Positions 38,001 through 49,273 of a stretch of DNA of 64,000 nt are shown here, piece after piece (the stretch's first letter is position 1; each line of letters begins with the position of its first letter). The stretch is from the NCBI RefSeq assembly GCF_035594765.1, contig NC_085843.1, positions 135,695,971 to 135,759,970 on the forward strand, given 5' to 3'. The translations under genes were made by a program, and so were the position numbers. The notes under the pieces were generated by a model. That model did not search any database, was not told where the DNA came from, and saw only the letters and a list, made by a program, of their open reading frames with translations. Source of the stretch: Anolis carolinensis. Taxonomy: Eukaryota.

Positions 38001-38529
38001 TATTTTTGGTTTTGGTTTTGGTTTTAGTTTTAGTTTTTTAGTTTTTTTTAAAGGAGGAATATGAGAAGCTCAAACTGATTTATTAGACTACACTTTCTTC
38101 TGGCTCTGGCACCAGTCTACTTTAATGAAGATTATTTATTTAAATATCATTAGCTTAGAAAGCTGTAGCTGCAGTCACATAGGCATCCTTTTCAGATTTA
38201 ATTTTTATGCCAGTTATTGAAGGAAAAAAGTACCATAATAAACTTTCCAGGTTGTTAAATAGCAAAGGAATGGTAAACACAAGTGATGACTATAAAAATA
38301 ATATTAAGCACCTTCTATGCCATTAGGCTCTCAGCAGATGTCAGCTTCTTCGAAGTGCCCCCCCCCCCAACTGTGCCATTTCCTTGCTTGACAAATATGC
38401 CTCATTGGGTGTAAGGCTTGGGAAATGGTGAAGAGCTGTGCTTAAACAAACTAAAATCTTTCCTACTCCAGAAATTTGGTTGTCATTGACAGAGCAGTAC
38501 CAGATCAGGTTTTTACTCACTGGGACGCA

Positions 38530-38677
38530 GGCCACTACTACACTGCCATATAATCCAAATTTTCAAATCAGATAATCTACATTATCTGCTTTGAACTGGA
38601 TTATATGTGTCTATACTGCCATATAATCTATTTCAGAGGAGATAATCTGGATTTTATATGGCAGTGTTGAAGGGGTC
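38530..38677. mobile_element. Palindromic PIF/Harbinger-type MITE (family of 20470/20765)
   Basis: tacactgccatata ... tatatggcagtgt; flanks gca / tca. Confidence 0.8.
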
Positions 38678-38755
38678 TCAGAGACTCTGCAGTTTTGGGG
38701 ATTCAGTAAAATGGTCCATCCCAGGAGGTTCTAGATGGATTCTTCGTGACTCTTG

Positions 38756-38890
38756 CAGTGGTTCTCAACCTATGGGTCCTCAGGTGTTTTGGCCTACAAC
38801 TCCCAGAAACCCCAGCCAATTTACCAGCTGTTAGAATTTCTGGGAGTTGAAGGCCAAAACATCTGGGGACCCACAGGTTGAGAACCACTG
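38756..38890. mobile_element. hAT (Charlie-like) palindromic MITE
   Basis: TIRs cagtggttctcaacct / aggttgagaaccactg; whole element self-complementary. No TSD visible. Confidence 0.9.
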
Positions 38891-38968
38891 CCTCAGGGGG
38901 GTCAAACCCCTTGTTGATCCTGGACTGAAGAAATGACTATGACAATGGACATAATTGCTTTTGAGTGC

Positions 38969-39859
38969 TGTAACGCTCCTAAGCAGCGCGAACACTGGGA
39001 ACCAACACGGAGGCCAATAAACAATCTAATATCTTTATTAAAGCAATTAAAGTTTCAAACAAAAATAAGCAGAATAGATAGTCAAGCAGTTGACCTTTCA
39101 GGAAAGATCAAAATTAGTCCGAAAAATGAAAGTCTTATGTCCAGTATTAGAGTCCAAAGTCCAATAACCAATACACACTCAAACTTATTGGAAGTTTGAG
39201 TGGGGAAAGGAGCAATGTTCCTCAGGAAAGTACTTGAAGTGAAAGTCCAGAACAAGGTATCAAGGCAAGGCTATGACTGTTCGTGATGGATCTGAAATGC
39301 AGTCCAAACTTGACAAGGGATGAGACACAAGCCCGGTCTACTCGAGAGTAAGCGCGCCAGCAGGCCACTTGGAAGCTCAGGATCAAGAGACGATGTATTC
39401 TTCAGTCAGAAGTTAAGTTGACACCGCGACAGAGATTCTCGGTGCAGAACTTTTATTGAAGTCCAAGAGCTCCCCCAAAGCAGGTGCTTGACTCCCAAAA
39501 TCTTCCCAAGAGAAATGAGCTGCTAACAATGAGGCGCCAGATGCCTGCCTCCCCAATTCTTCCCAAGAGAACTGGCTTAGCCACAATCGCCTCGCTCTGC
39601 TAATCTCACACTTCTCCTTAAACTTTGTCTTTGAGAGCAGTCTGTTTTGAAAGTAGCCCTTCTATCAAACACTAAACTCTCCGGAGAGAGAGCCGGCACC
39701 ATCTCAAGGGCATTCCTAATTGGCTCTGGCACGGCAATGTCAACAGGAGACATCTGGAAAGGGATTTAATCTTGCTGAGGTGGGAAAAAACCCAAATCCT
39801 CTTCAGTTTGATCCACAATGGCTGCAGGATCAGGGGCCAAAGGTGCCTGAGACATCACA
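38969..39859 (-). mobile_element. Solo LTR (Gypsy-like), 891 bp
   Basis: TGT...ACA termini, TSD agtgc / agtgt, minus-strand AATAAA (39034-39). Both ends are homologous to the 44160 LTR. Confidence 0.85.
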
Positions 39860-39879
39860 AGTGTCTCCTTTCAGAGAGT

Positions 39880-40570
39880 GGAACTAACCTGCAATTTGAC
39901 ACAGACCTGGATGCTTTAATTAATACAGATCATGTGGATGTAATCTTAGTCCCTGCTTGTCCTATGTTAATAGATAGCTTTTCTCTTGTACAGCCTGGGG
40001 ACTTAGAAAGGATCCTCAAATAATTGATAGCCATCACATGCATGATAGATCCTAATTGTCCCAGATTTATCAACAAGACAGCCTGATGTTTAATGGTAGT
40101 GTGTAATGCCTCTGTCCAGACAGATACAGCCCCAGCCTGCCTAAAGGAGATAGCTATAAGGCATTCCCAAACCCCACATTATAAAAGCTAATCATTGTCC
40201 GATCTCCAGTACCACATTTTTGGGCACAGTTTTAAAGTGTGTGGTTATTTCTCAGCTCAGGATTTTTTGAATGAGACTGATTATATGAATTCATTTTATC
40301 TTGTGTCAGATCTGTTTATGGGGCAGAGGCAGCTTTAGTCACCTTAGTGGATGACCTATGCCATAAGGTAGACCTGGTTTGGGGGGGGGGAGGGGAGGGG
40401 AGAGGTGTCCCTGTAGTAGCACCAAACTTCTCAGTGGCATTCATTATCACCAACATTCTGGGCTTCTTGCTGGGGTGAGGCTGCAGTGGCTCCATTCCTT
40501 TCTAAAGGGACAAACCCATAGAAAAGGTGCTGGGAGAATCCTGTTAGATTCGTTGGCAATTGATCACTGG
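39880..40570 (+). pseudogene. Old degraded L2 ORF2 fragment
   Basis: VPACPMLIDSFSLVQPGDLERIL aligns with APACPILMDSFQSVQPEDVDKVL of the intact L2 (~17255). Also remnants PFLG, LVTLVDDL, LQWLHSFL. Confidence 0.8.
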
Positions 40571-40999
40571 GTTTGTGGAAGCCCAAGTCTGAATATGACT
40601 GTAGCATCCCCTCATACTCCCCAATAGAGCTGTGAAAAATTGACAAATGAAGATGAATTATTTCAAGTTTGTTCCTCTGCAGAGAGACTGAAAATGTCTG
40701 TATAGAGCTCATCTAGTCTTTGCATAGGCTAAAGAGCTTCAAGATATTGCTCTGCACAAAAAATCATGTGGATATTTTGTATTAATATCATGGTATTTAT
40801 GGATGTGCGCACATGCAAAAACACATTTTTCTAGCTATGGATTGTGTGTGTGTATGTACAACAGTGTTGCAAAAAGAGTGGCTATTTTTGTATGTGCAAG
40901 ATGAAAAAGGGAGAAATTGAGCCTACACTACTGTTCAGTCTTATTTCAGAATGCAAGACCCACTGCAATGCTAATCTCGGCGTACAACCCATTTCTCTC

Positions 41000-41057
<58 letters not shown>
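41000..41057. repeat. (AGAT)n microsatellite
   Basis: Directly visible. Confidence 0.97.
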
Positions 41058-41058
<1 letters not shown>

Positions 41059-42042
41059 CTATTCTTTTTTTACTTTTGTCTTTAGAATGACCTCTAATAG
41101 TTGTGTAAAAGACAATAACAATTAGTCTTACATAAATCACAACAAAATATGAAATGAATGAACAACAGGGCTGATTAATAGTCAATATTCGAACTCAGAA
41201 ATCATAAGATTAAAATAGATTTGTCTTAGATTAAAACAGATTAGTTTTATATTAAACCAATCTTAGATTACAATATATTAAAATACAATTAATATACAAT
41301 TAATATACAATTAATATAACTACTAAGTTAACCAGCTACAGAATGAATTATCCAATAAGAAAGAGATTTTCTATTTAAGCTTAATAGTTTAGAAAAGGCC
41401 AGTCTGAGAAGATTGTACTTGCTGCTATCTAGACATTTTTGTTCATTGCTCTTATGAATAATAAGAGAGATGTTCAAGAGGTTGAAATGGGTGCTGATGA
41501 AATATTGTTCTGCTATCTTTTTTATAGGTTAATTGACCATTTAAAATGCTGAACCACAACTGGCGAAAAGAAAATCCTCCAAATCTGTTGTATTTTTTGG
41601 AAGCAAATCTAGCTGAGTTTGGAAGATAATTGACAACCCAAAAGGTCATAAAGCATTTACATTAGCTTTTTAATAGTTAGCTTATAATTTCGTATTTAGT
41701 TAACATGTAATCCTTCTATGCATGGCTTACACAAAGCAAATCCTTAACCACATAATACTCAAAATCTTTTTGTTGTTCTTAATGCGAGTAAAACCAATGA
41801 ATGAAATAAATTTACCTACACAGTGACTCATCATGAAATAATTGATTCAATGTGTCTGTTTTAGCTAGGATTCACAAACAGGATTTTAGCATGCATTTTT
41901 GGAATGGGACATCTCTAACATTTTCATGTAGTTTTTCACATGTTTCATGTGCTTATCTTGGATGAGACAAAGCTGCATGAAGTATAAGTTAGAGTTATAA
42001 CTACACAAAAAGGCTATTATACAAAAATAATGTCTATTCTAG

Positions 42043-42044
<2 letters not shown>

Positions 42045-42092
<48 letters not shown>
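42045..42092. repeat. (TA)n microsatellite
   Basis: Directly visible. Confidence 0.97.
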
Positions 42093-42096
<4 letters not shown>

Positions 42097-42239
42097 CAAA
42101 ATATTTTTTTATATTTAAGATGTAGGCATAGGACGTATAAGCAGTATCTGAATGAATTTATGAACCATAGCACATTTCATGATCAGTCAGCTTCTCAATA
42201 AATATATAGCTAATGCCTCAAGAAAATACATGATTTGGA

Positions 42240-42452
42240 TCCTTACATAAATGTATCACGGATGTTCATGAAAATCTTGAAGAGACATGAGGACCTGTTA
42301 GATGTAGAAGTATTATTTGAGGGTAAATTGAAGACTTGATTTTCATGAAGTTTTGAATTCTCCCTCAAATAATAGTTCTACTTCTAACATGTCCTCACAC
42401 CTCTTCAAGAGTCACTCCAGAAGGCCAGAAACATCTGTGAACTATGTAAGGA
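42240..42452. repeat. Long imperfect inverted repeat (hairpin)
   Basis: Inner arms 42275-42340 and 42345-42410 are reverse-complementary around a tttc loop. Outer arms are tccttacata..cacggatgtt / aacatctgtg..tatgtaagga. Confidence 0.85.
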
Positions 42453-43007
42453 CAGGCAGTAGATGAGAGAGATGAGTAGAAGTGGAAATCACTTCCAAAT
42501 CAAAACTAGATTTTAAGTTAGCATTTTTGTTTGTCTCCCCACACAGGTAGAAGTCTAAGGTTCCATTGTTCAGAAGGAACCCTGAAGTAGTATCAGGAGG
42601 TAACAAAGGATTGCAATTAGGAGAAGAAAAGGACTAGAAACTTTCTTCCTGTAAGGATCTAACTTCAACTAGGATCCAACCCATATTATTCTCATTTGTT
42701 GTTGTTGTTGTTTTGTTTTTTAAAAAAAGAGCACTTGCATTTTTGAATATTCAACATCTTCATTCACAATTTTCCTCCTTTTTCAACTCAAACATATGGC
42801 AAGATGATAAAATAGGCTCTGCTAGAAGTTAGTGTGAATTTCAACCCACCTGAACTTGGAGGTTATAACTTTCATTCTAACATAAGAAGGTGGAATGAAA
42901 ATCAAAATAGTCATGAAATAGGATAACTTCAGGTATGTACAGAAGTTCCAAAAAATTCAAGAGTTTGGCTTACGCATATAATATACCAGTGATCTATATA
43001 CTCATTG

Positions 43008-43099
43008 GGTTGTTGTGTGTTTTCTGGGCTATATGGCCATACAGCCCAGAAAACACACAACAACCCTATGATTCCGGCCATGAAAGCCTTCAACAAAAC
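43008..43099 (+). mobile_element. Ultra-short Penelope insertion forming a loopless palindrome
   Basis: 12-bp TSD atatactcattg (42996-43007, 43100-43111) and a 60-bp palindrome at 43007-43066. Confidence 0.85.
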
Positions 43100-44159
43100 A
43101 TATACTCATTGCTTAACCAAGCAGTGATTCAGTTCATTGTTTTGCTCTCATCAGCTTGCTTCAACAGGAAAACACATGTCTTGTTTTATTTTTAAGTTTA
43201 GCATGTATGATTGTTCGTATTAAACATTTCCTCACTATCTTCAAAACACACATACATAGAACAATAGAAATAAAGTGCATAATAAGTGGCAATCATATGA
43301 ACATCCTGCCTTCTCCTGTCCCAACCAATGGTTACAAGAAGGAGATGGTTCCTTTATACCTTAACAGAATTGATAGGTTTGAATCAGCATTAGGCTTGAG
43401 CGATCCACGAAAAAATTGATTCTAAACTCGTTTCAAAAGTAGGGGGGCAGCGTTTCGTTTCTGATGTCATTTCCGAATTTTGCCCCCCCAAAAATTCAAA
43501 ATTAACGAAAATTCGTTAGTTTCAAAAGTAATTTGTTAATGGCGGAAGCGCATGCGCAGTGGCCCAAAACAGCCCGAAGGGGGGGGGGCTTTTATGGGGC
43601 TCTCCTGCACTCATTTTTTCAGCTATACTGATCAAATTTGGTACAGTGAGAGAACAGTTAGGGTTGAGCACTGCAGCTCAGGCAAGAAAGCCAAGAGAAA
43701 ACAATACACCCTCCCTGTGGCCCAAGCCAAGTGTTATTGCGGAGGATAATGGGACTTGCAACCTTTTGCCAGACTTTGCTAGGGTTTTGAAAGGAGAAAG
43801 AGATTTGCAGCAAGCGCAAATTGAGCACTGCAGCTCAGGCAAGAAAGCCAAGAGAAAACAATACACCCTCCCTTTTGCCCAAGTTGTTTTTCAGTGGATT
43901 ATGGGGAGTTTTGCCAGACTTTGCAAAATGAAAATTGGAATATTTGATTTCTTCTATTTGCAACTCACTTTAATGCCTATGCAAAGAAAAGTTTCCTAAT
44001 CAAACGAAACCCCACCCCGCACCAGGCAATATGGTGCAGCAGAAAAATTGCAGGGCTGGTGGGCAAATGGCAAATGCCAAGCTTGTGGGGAAAAAAGCCC
44101 ACAGGCCCTTTGGAAAAAAAACCCTGCACAAACACCCAACAGTTTTCCACCTCACCCAC

Positions 44160-45025
44160 TGTGATGACTCATGGGCCTTGTAGTCCTGTTCCTAGTACTA
44201 TTGTGGCAGACGAAGAGGAAAACATGGGGTTTTCGCCGGTTCAGCAAGAGCCGGGGTCTCTTCACCTGCAGGATATTGATGTTTGTCCTCAAGAATTCAG
44301 CCAAACAGGCCTTGGGCAGAACTCCCCCCCGTTTCCCAGAAAAGAATCTTATTCCAGAGAAAGGGGAAACAGAGAAGCTCAATTGAGGAGTTTACGCATT
44401 GCTGCCAGAAATCAAGCTGATTAGGCTTGCTTCCCTTGGGAAATTCTAAGGAGTCACACATCTGGACAGAGTTGGGTTTCGCTTCTCATTCTCTAGGGAA
44501 AGAGTTCTGTTGGCGGGAAAACGAGACCCAATATAGGTGATTGGCGCGAGGAATTCCTTGCGGAGTCAATTGATCAGCTTCAGGAGAGAGATCGTGTGTG
44601 GACTTCGTACCCCAGTTCCTTGCTTCTCGGATCAAGTTTTCAAGCCTTGCCTAGCCTTGCAGTTTTACCACGGACCCTGCTCCACGCTCATGTTTTGCCT
44701 TTGTTTCCAGTTATGAATCTAGCCAAGAATCAAGTTTAATTCCAGCCTTGTTGTCAAGCTTCATTGAACTCTAGGACTCTGCTAATTCCCCACACTATTG
44801 CTTGGCAAAGTGTGTGTTTCGGTCAAGTGGATTAAAACTTTGAACGCTAATATCTTATATTGGACAATACATTTTGGACTATATTTGACCTCTTTTGAAA
44901 GGTCTGCTTCTGAACTATATTCTTCACTTGTTTTTATTGCTTTTATATATTTCTTTAATAAAGATATTAGATAGAGATTGGCCTCTGCGTATGGTTATTG
45001 GTGCTCTGCTGCCAGGGTTCTGACA
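44160..45025 (+). mobile_element. Solo LTR (Gypsy-like), 866 bp
   Basis: TGT...ACA termini, perfect 5-bp TSD cccac (44155-59, 45026-30), AATAAA at 44957-62. Confidence 0.92.
44164..44424 (+). CDS. Putative LTR(U3)-encoded 86-aa peptide or pol C-terminal extension
   Basis: Open frame MTHGPCSP...EEENMGF...FPRKESYSRERGNREAQLRSLRIAARNQAD*. Homologous frames exist in the two other LTRs. Confidence 0.5.
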   Translation: MTHGPCSPVPSTIVADEEENMGFSPVQQEPGSLHLQDIDVCPQEFSQTGLGQNSPPFPRKESYSRERGNREAQLRSLRIAARNQAD

Positions 45026-46441
45026 CCCACCCACCCTTTTCTCCCGGTCTTCTAATCTTTAGCTCAGCCAAGGAAGCTGTGACGCAGCAATCTTGCCTGC
45101 CTGCCTGCCTAGAATCTCACTTCCACCCTCTCCAGATTCCCGGTGCAAATGCCACGAGGCTCCCAGTGCTCGCTCTTTTCATTCAGGACGTACAAGCCCC
45201 TCCCCTGAGTTAAACGTACTCTCTGATTGGCCACAAGGTGGAAACAACACGCTAGGTTGCCCCAGTGCACTTAAACAAGTTTGGATGATTTGCAAAACCT
45301 TTTTTTCCTAGCGAAAAAAAAGACGACATTAGAAAAAGGGCCTATCGCGGTTCGAAACCGCGGGATCCACACGAGTGGACAATATAGGTCGAATATTGCT
45401 TCACAAGTTACAAAACTAACGAATTAGTAACGACAAACGGGGAAATCGAATTATTTGAGCAAGCCTAATCAGCATGTATCACAGTGATAAAACCTATTTC
45501 AGGCAGCACCAGGAAGCTGAGTGGTAGAATGATAAGGCTTTGGAGGAATAAAGAAAGGCAGGATTTTGTACTTAAATGGTACAACAAGACTTTTTAAACT
45601 GTTGACCTTAAGAGAGATGTGTCATTGGGTTTCTGATTCAGATATCTAAATGTCTTGAGCTACCATGGATGTCTGAACAATGCACGGAGAGTGCAGTTCC
45701 CCACCAGGCTCTTAAATGGATCTAAATCTGGATGGATCCTTTAATAGCTTAATGACTATTCATACATTTTGATGGTGATAGATTTAATTCATCTGAACAT
45801 TCACTAATAGTAGGTAGTATAAATAACTCCAAAATGCAAGCTTGCAATACAGTGATGCCCATGTGTCTTTAAAAATAATGAAAATTAGGCAATTGTTTTA
45901 ATTAAGATATCCTGATGTTTTGGTGATATCTGGAGTATAGTGGTAATTATACAAAATGCCATCTCTTGCTAATTAGGCACATTCTGTGGTGGTCATGCAT
46001 ATTCATGCTCTCTGTTTTTTATTTCAACAAGTCATCACTCAGTGGAAATGATAAGGCTGCCCTCCAATTTTCTAGGCATAATTCCCAATCATATACTTAG
46101 AAAAACACATTTGAAGTTACAAATGCATCACAATTAGTCAGCACTACTTGTAAATGACCAATTTCGAGTAATGATTGCCATGCAAGAATAGCTGCAAAAC
46201 TACTTGGATATGCAACATATTTCTCTTTTATCTCATACAATCAATAGATAATGTAGACAATTAATACTTGAGTGGCTTTAAGCTCTAGCTTGATTTGTCA
46301 ATTCAGATTAATATACTAACACACAGAGCACCTTGTTAGTTCAAAGTGCTCTGAAAATGAAAAATGACTTGGAAACAACCTGACACAATGGGTATTGATA
46401 ATTTTAAAAGGCTTAGATAAACATGTTAAAATAGTTTGAAG

Positions 46442-46572
46442 CAGGGGTGGGGAATGAATGGCCTTCCTGATATTGGTCAATACTTCCCATCAACTGTTTC
46501 CAGTATAGCCCGTGGTGATGGATTATTACAGCTATAGTCCAATATCATCAGGGAACATTTCCTCCACTCCTG
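46442..46572. mobile_element. Old palindromic hAT MITE
   Basis: TIRs caggggtggggaa / ttcctccactcctg; TSD gtttgaag / gcatgaag. Confidence 0.7.
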
Positions 46573-47611
46573 GCATGAAGGGCAATAGTAGCACCAACAG
46601 AAGAACTACATGTTGCTTTACCACATTGACTGCCACTGATGGCAAAGCATAACATAAATTAGAGGACTTAAACTTGGATGCATAAAATTGAGGAATACTT
46701 TGAAATAGGGCTGATAATGTGCATTGATGTACATAGGTGTAAACCACATTGTAAGGGAAAATTGACTAAGGGACATTAGCTCTAGTGATCTTCCAGTGTG
46801 CATTGTAGCGGGGGGGGGGGGATTGAAAGTCCTCCACACCCTTGAAGCCATGGATCATGTGGATCTTGGAACCAACTTGAAGCTGATCTCTCAGGTGCAT
46901 ATAAATACTTCCAAGGCCTTGATCTGGTTCCTCAACATGACATGTGATCAGCTGCACATTCAATTTGCTTCCTTCTCTTACAATTTCATCCCACATTGTT
47001 TGATCATTGTAGATGTGCCCGAAATCCCTTTGGAAATAAACAACAATAGTGTGTCAAGAAAAATATTCCAATCTTAGTTTTCTTGTTGCACTATATTTCT
47101 ATTTGCATAGAAAACTCTTTTTAAAGAAATAAGAGTGCATTACTCAAAAAGGTCATCCTTGCCATCAGCCTGAAGTGAAACTATCATTCAACTATCTCCT
47201 TTTTACTATATTTAATTGCATTTCGTGTCTCTCTGAATTTTCTCATCTGAAACTATTTAATTTGTTTTCTTTTTTTGTAAATGAATGTTGTCATATATCA
47301 ATTTCAGAAAAGACTGTACTGTACTACCTCAAAATATTAAAATAGCTTTCATAGATTAATACATTGTTGTATAGCTTTATAGACTGCAGCAATCCCAAAT
47401 GCATGCTCCAATATGAAACATACACACCTAACAGAAAGTGTGAAGTCCTTAGTGAGTAGAAAGGCTCTCAGACTGCAAGATCTTTAATAATGTAGATTTA
47501 ATATTTGTAAATATATGAAGAAAACCTTCATCATGAAAGCATATCATGTTAGTATTCAACATTTACTGATCATCGCCTTATGATATCTTGTAACTATGTC
47601 TGAATTTTTAG

Positions 47612-48607
47612 CAGGGATGTGCATTTTGGGCAAACCACATCACATTTTTGATGTCTGGATTTCAGCTGGCCCAAATCCGCTTTTTCTGCAGCTGCCCAAA
47701 TTCGGGAGGGTAAAATGCAGTTTTTCTGTCCGGCCGCCAGAAGCTCAATTTTTGCTCCAGTAAGATCTGGCCCATTGGTGGTAATGGGGGGACTTTTGCA
47801 GCTCCCCTTTCCATCATTTTTATGGCTACCAGAACAAAATGGCCACAATTGGAGGACACATTGACCACTGATAGCCACCCCAAATTTCAGAACATTTGGG
47901 TCACCCACTGATTTCAATAACATTCATAATTTTTTTAGAAATAAAGTAACCTTTTAAAGAAAACCAGAAAGGTGTCTTGTTGGAGGATCTGATTGAGATT
48001 CAGTACCCCTCCCTCTCCCTCTGACTTTCACTCCCCTGAAATCCTGGCCATTTGACCAAGCAGCACCCACACAATGACACTATATGTGTTTGTGTGAGTG
48101 TATGCATTTGAAGTAGGCTTAGGTTTCTTGTGTGACAGAAGGAGCGTACACACAGAAGCTGCAAGAAAAACAATAGAGAACATCAAAGAGGAACCACAAA
48201 CAACTTACAGGAGCTTTTTATATATTTTTTAATGTTTATAAATAATTGTTTTGGGGAGGAAGGCTGCAGTGCTAGACTGGTCCACAAGCCACAGGACACA
48301 CAGGCACACACAAGCAAGGTGAACTGGGGCAGGGGTACATAAGCCTGAACTTGGGGCAGGAGAGGAAAATAAATAAGTCTTCACTGGCTTCGACTTGGTC
48401 TGGAATAAGGTTTTTGTACAAGATCTGGTGGACAAATGGCATGAGCACTTTGCACTATTTTAAATTTTGTATATTGTATATTATAATTGTTTTAACTGTT
48501 TTAATGTTTATTTTATTGTACTATGGTGTACCGGCATAAATTGCCAGTCTGTAAGCCTCCCTGAGTCCCCTCAAATGAGAAGGGTGGGGTAAAAATGATA
48601 GAAATAA

Positions 48608-48638
<31 letters not shown>

Positions 48639-49273
48639 ATGCAATAGTCAAAGAGGTGAATGAGAAGAAAAAGGGGCTTTTGATATTTTCTAAGTATTGG
48701 GGGGGCGGGAAGGAAGGTGCAGGATAGAGTACAGAGAGAAGCAAGAAGATACGGGTGAGGAGTAATTGAATTCTCACTGTGGGGACTCAGGGAAGTCAGG
48801 CTATTCCCTCCCTTCAGTAAACCACATCCTTAATGCATTCCTAGCCTCACTTCTCTAGCAAAATAGTAAAGAAAAGAATGACTTGAAGATATTAAACTAA
48901 GAAAATTAAATTGAATTGCCAAAGGAAAAGATTGGTATTGAGTCCAAAAACAAGCATAATAATCCTAAGTGTGATGGCATTGAGATAGAACACAGAGCTA
49001 GCTAGTACATGAGTGGCTTTCTTCTTCTGATTAGCTCAGGCAGGCAACAGTACTCATAACCCCATAGGGAAACCCATGTGCTCTCGGCTGTCTCTCCGCA
49101 CTCCATGTGCATAGCTGAAGGAAACAGAAAGCAGCGATTTTCAACAGCCACGTGGTTTGTTGTGGCTGAAGAAAACATGGGTGTGCCACCCATGCCATTA
49201 TGGACAATGTGGCAGCCAAAAATGCTGAATTATCTGGAGCCTGTTTTGAAAAACACATATGTGCACAACCCTA
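47612..49273. mobile_element. Old non-autonomous hAT element with a nested L2 3' end
   Basis: TIRs cagggatgtgca / tgcacaacccta; TSD atttttag / ttttttag (7 of 8 match). Confidence 0.7.
48389..48640 (+). mobile_element. L2-type 3' end with (TAAA)n tail
   Basis: gtaagcctccctgagtcccc...gagaagggtggggt stem-loop and a (aaat)n tail, similar to 19070-19145. Confidence 0.75.

Larger units (their letters stand above)
43391..45467. mobile_element. Non-autonomous hAT transposon containing a nested solo LTR
   Basis: TIRs taggcttg / caagccta, perfect 8-bp TSD atcagcat (43383-90, 45468-75), CGAA-rich subterminal motifs, internal ~53-bp direct repeat (~43664, ~43821). Confidence 0.92.

Noticed and set aside
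46766-47030. Possible Myb/trihelix remnant of a Harbinger element (MWDEI..., RNQIKAL)
   Set aside because: Similarity is too weak and spread over different frames.
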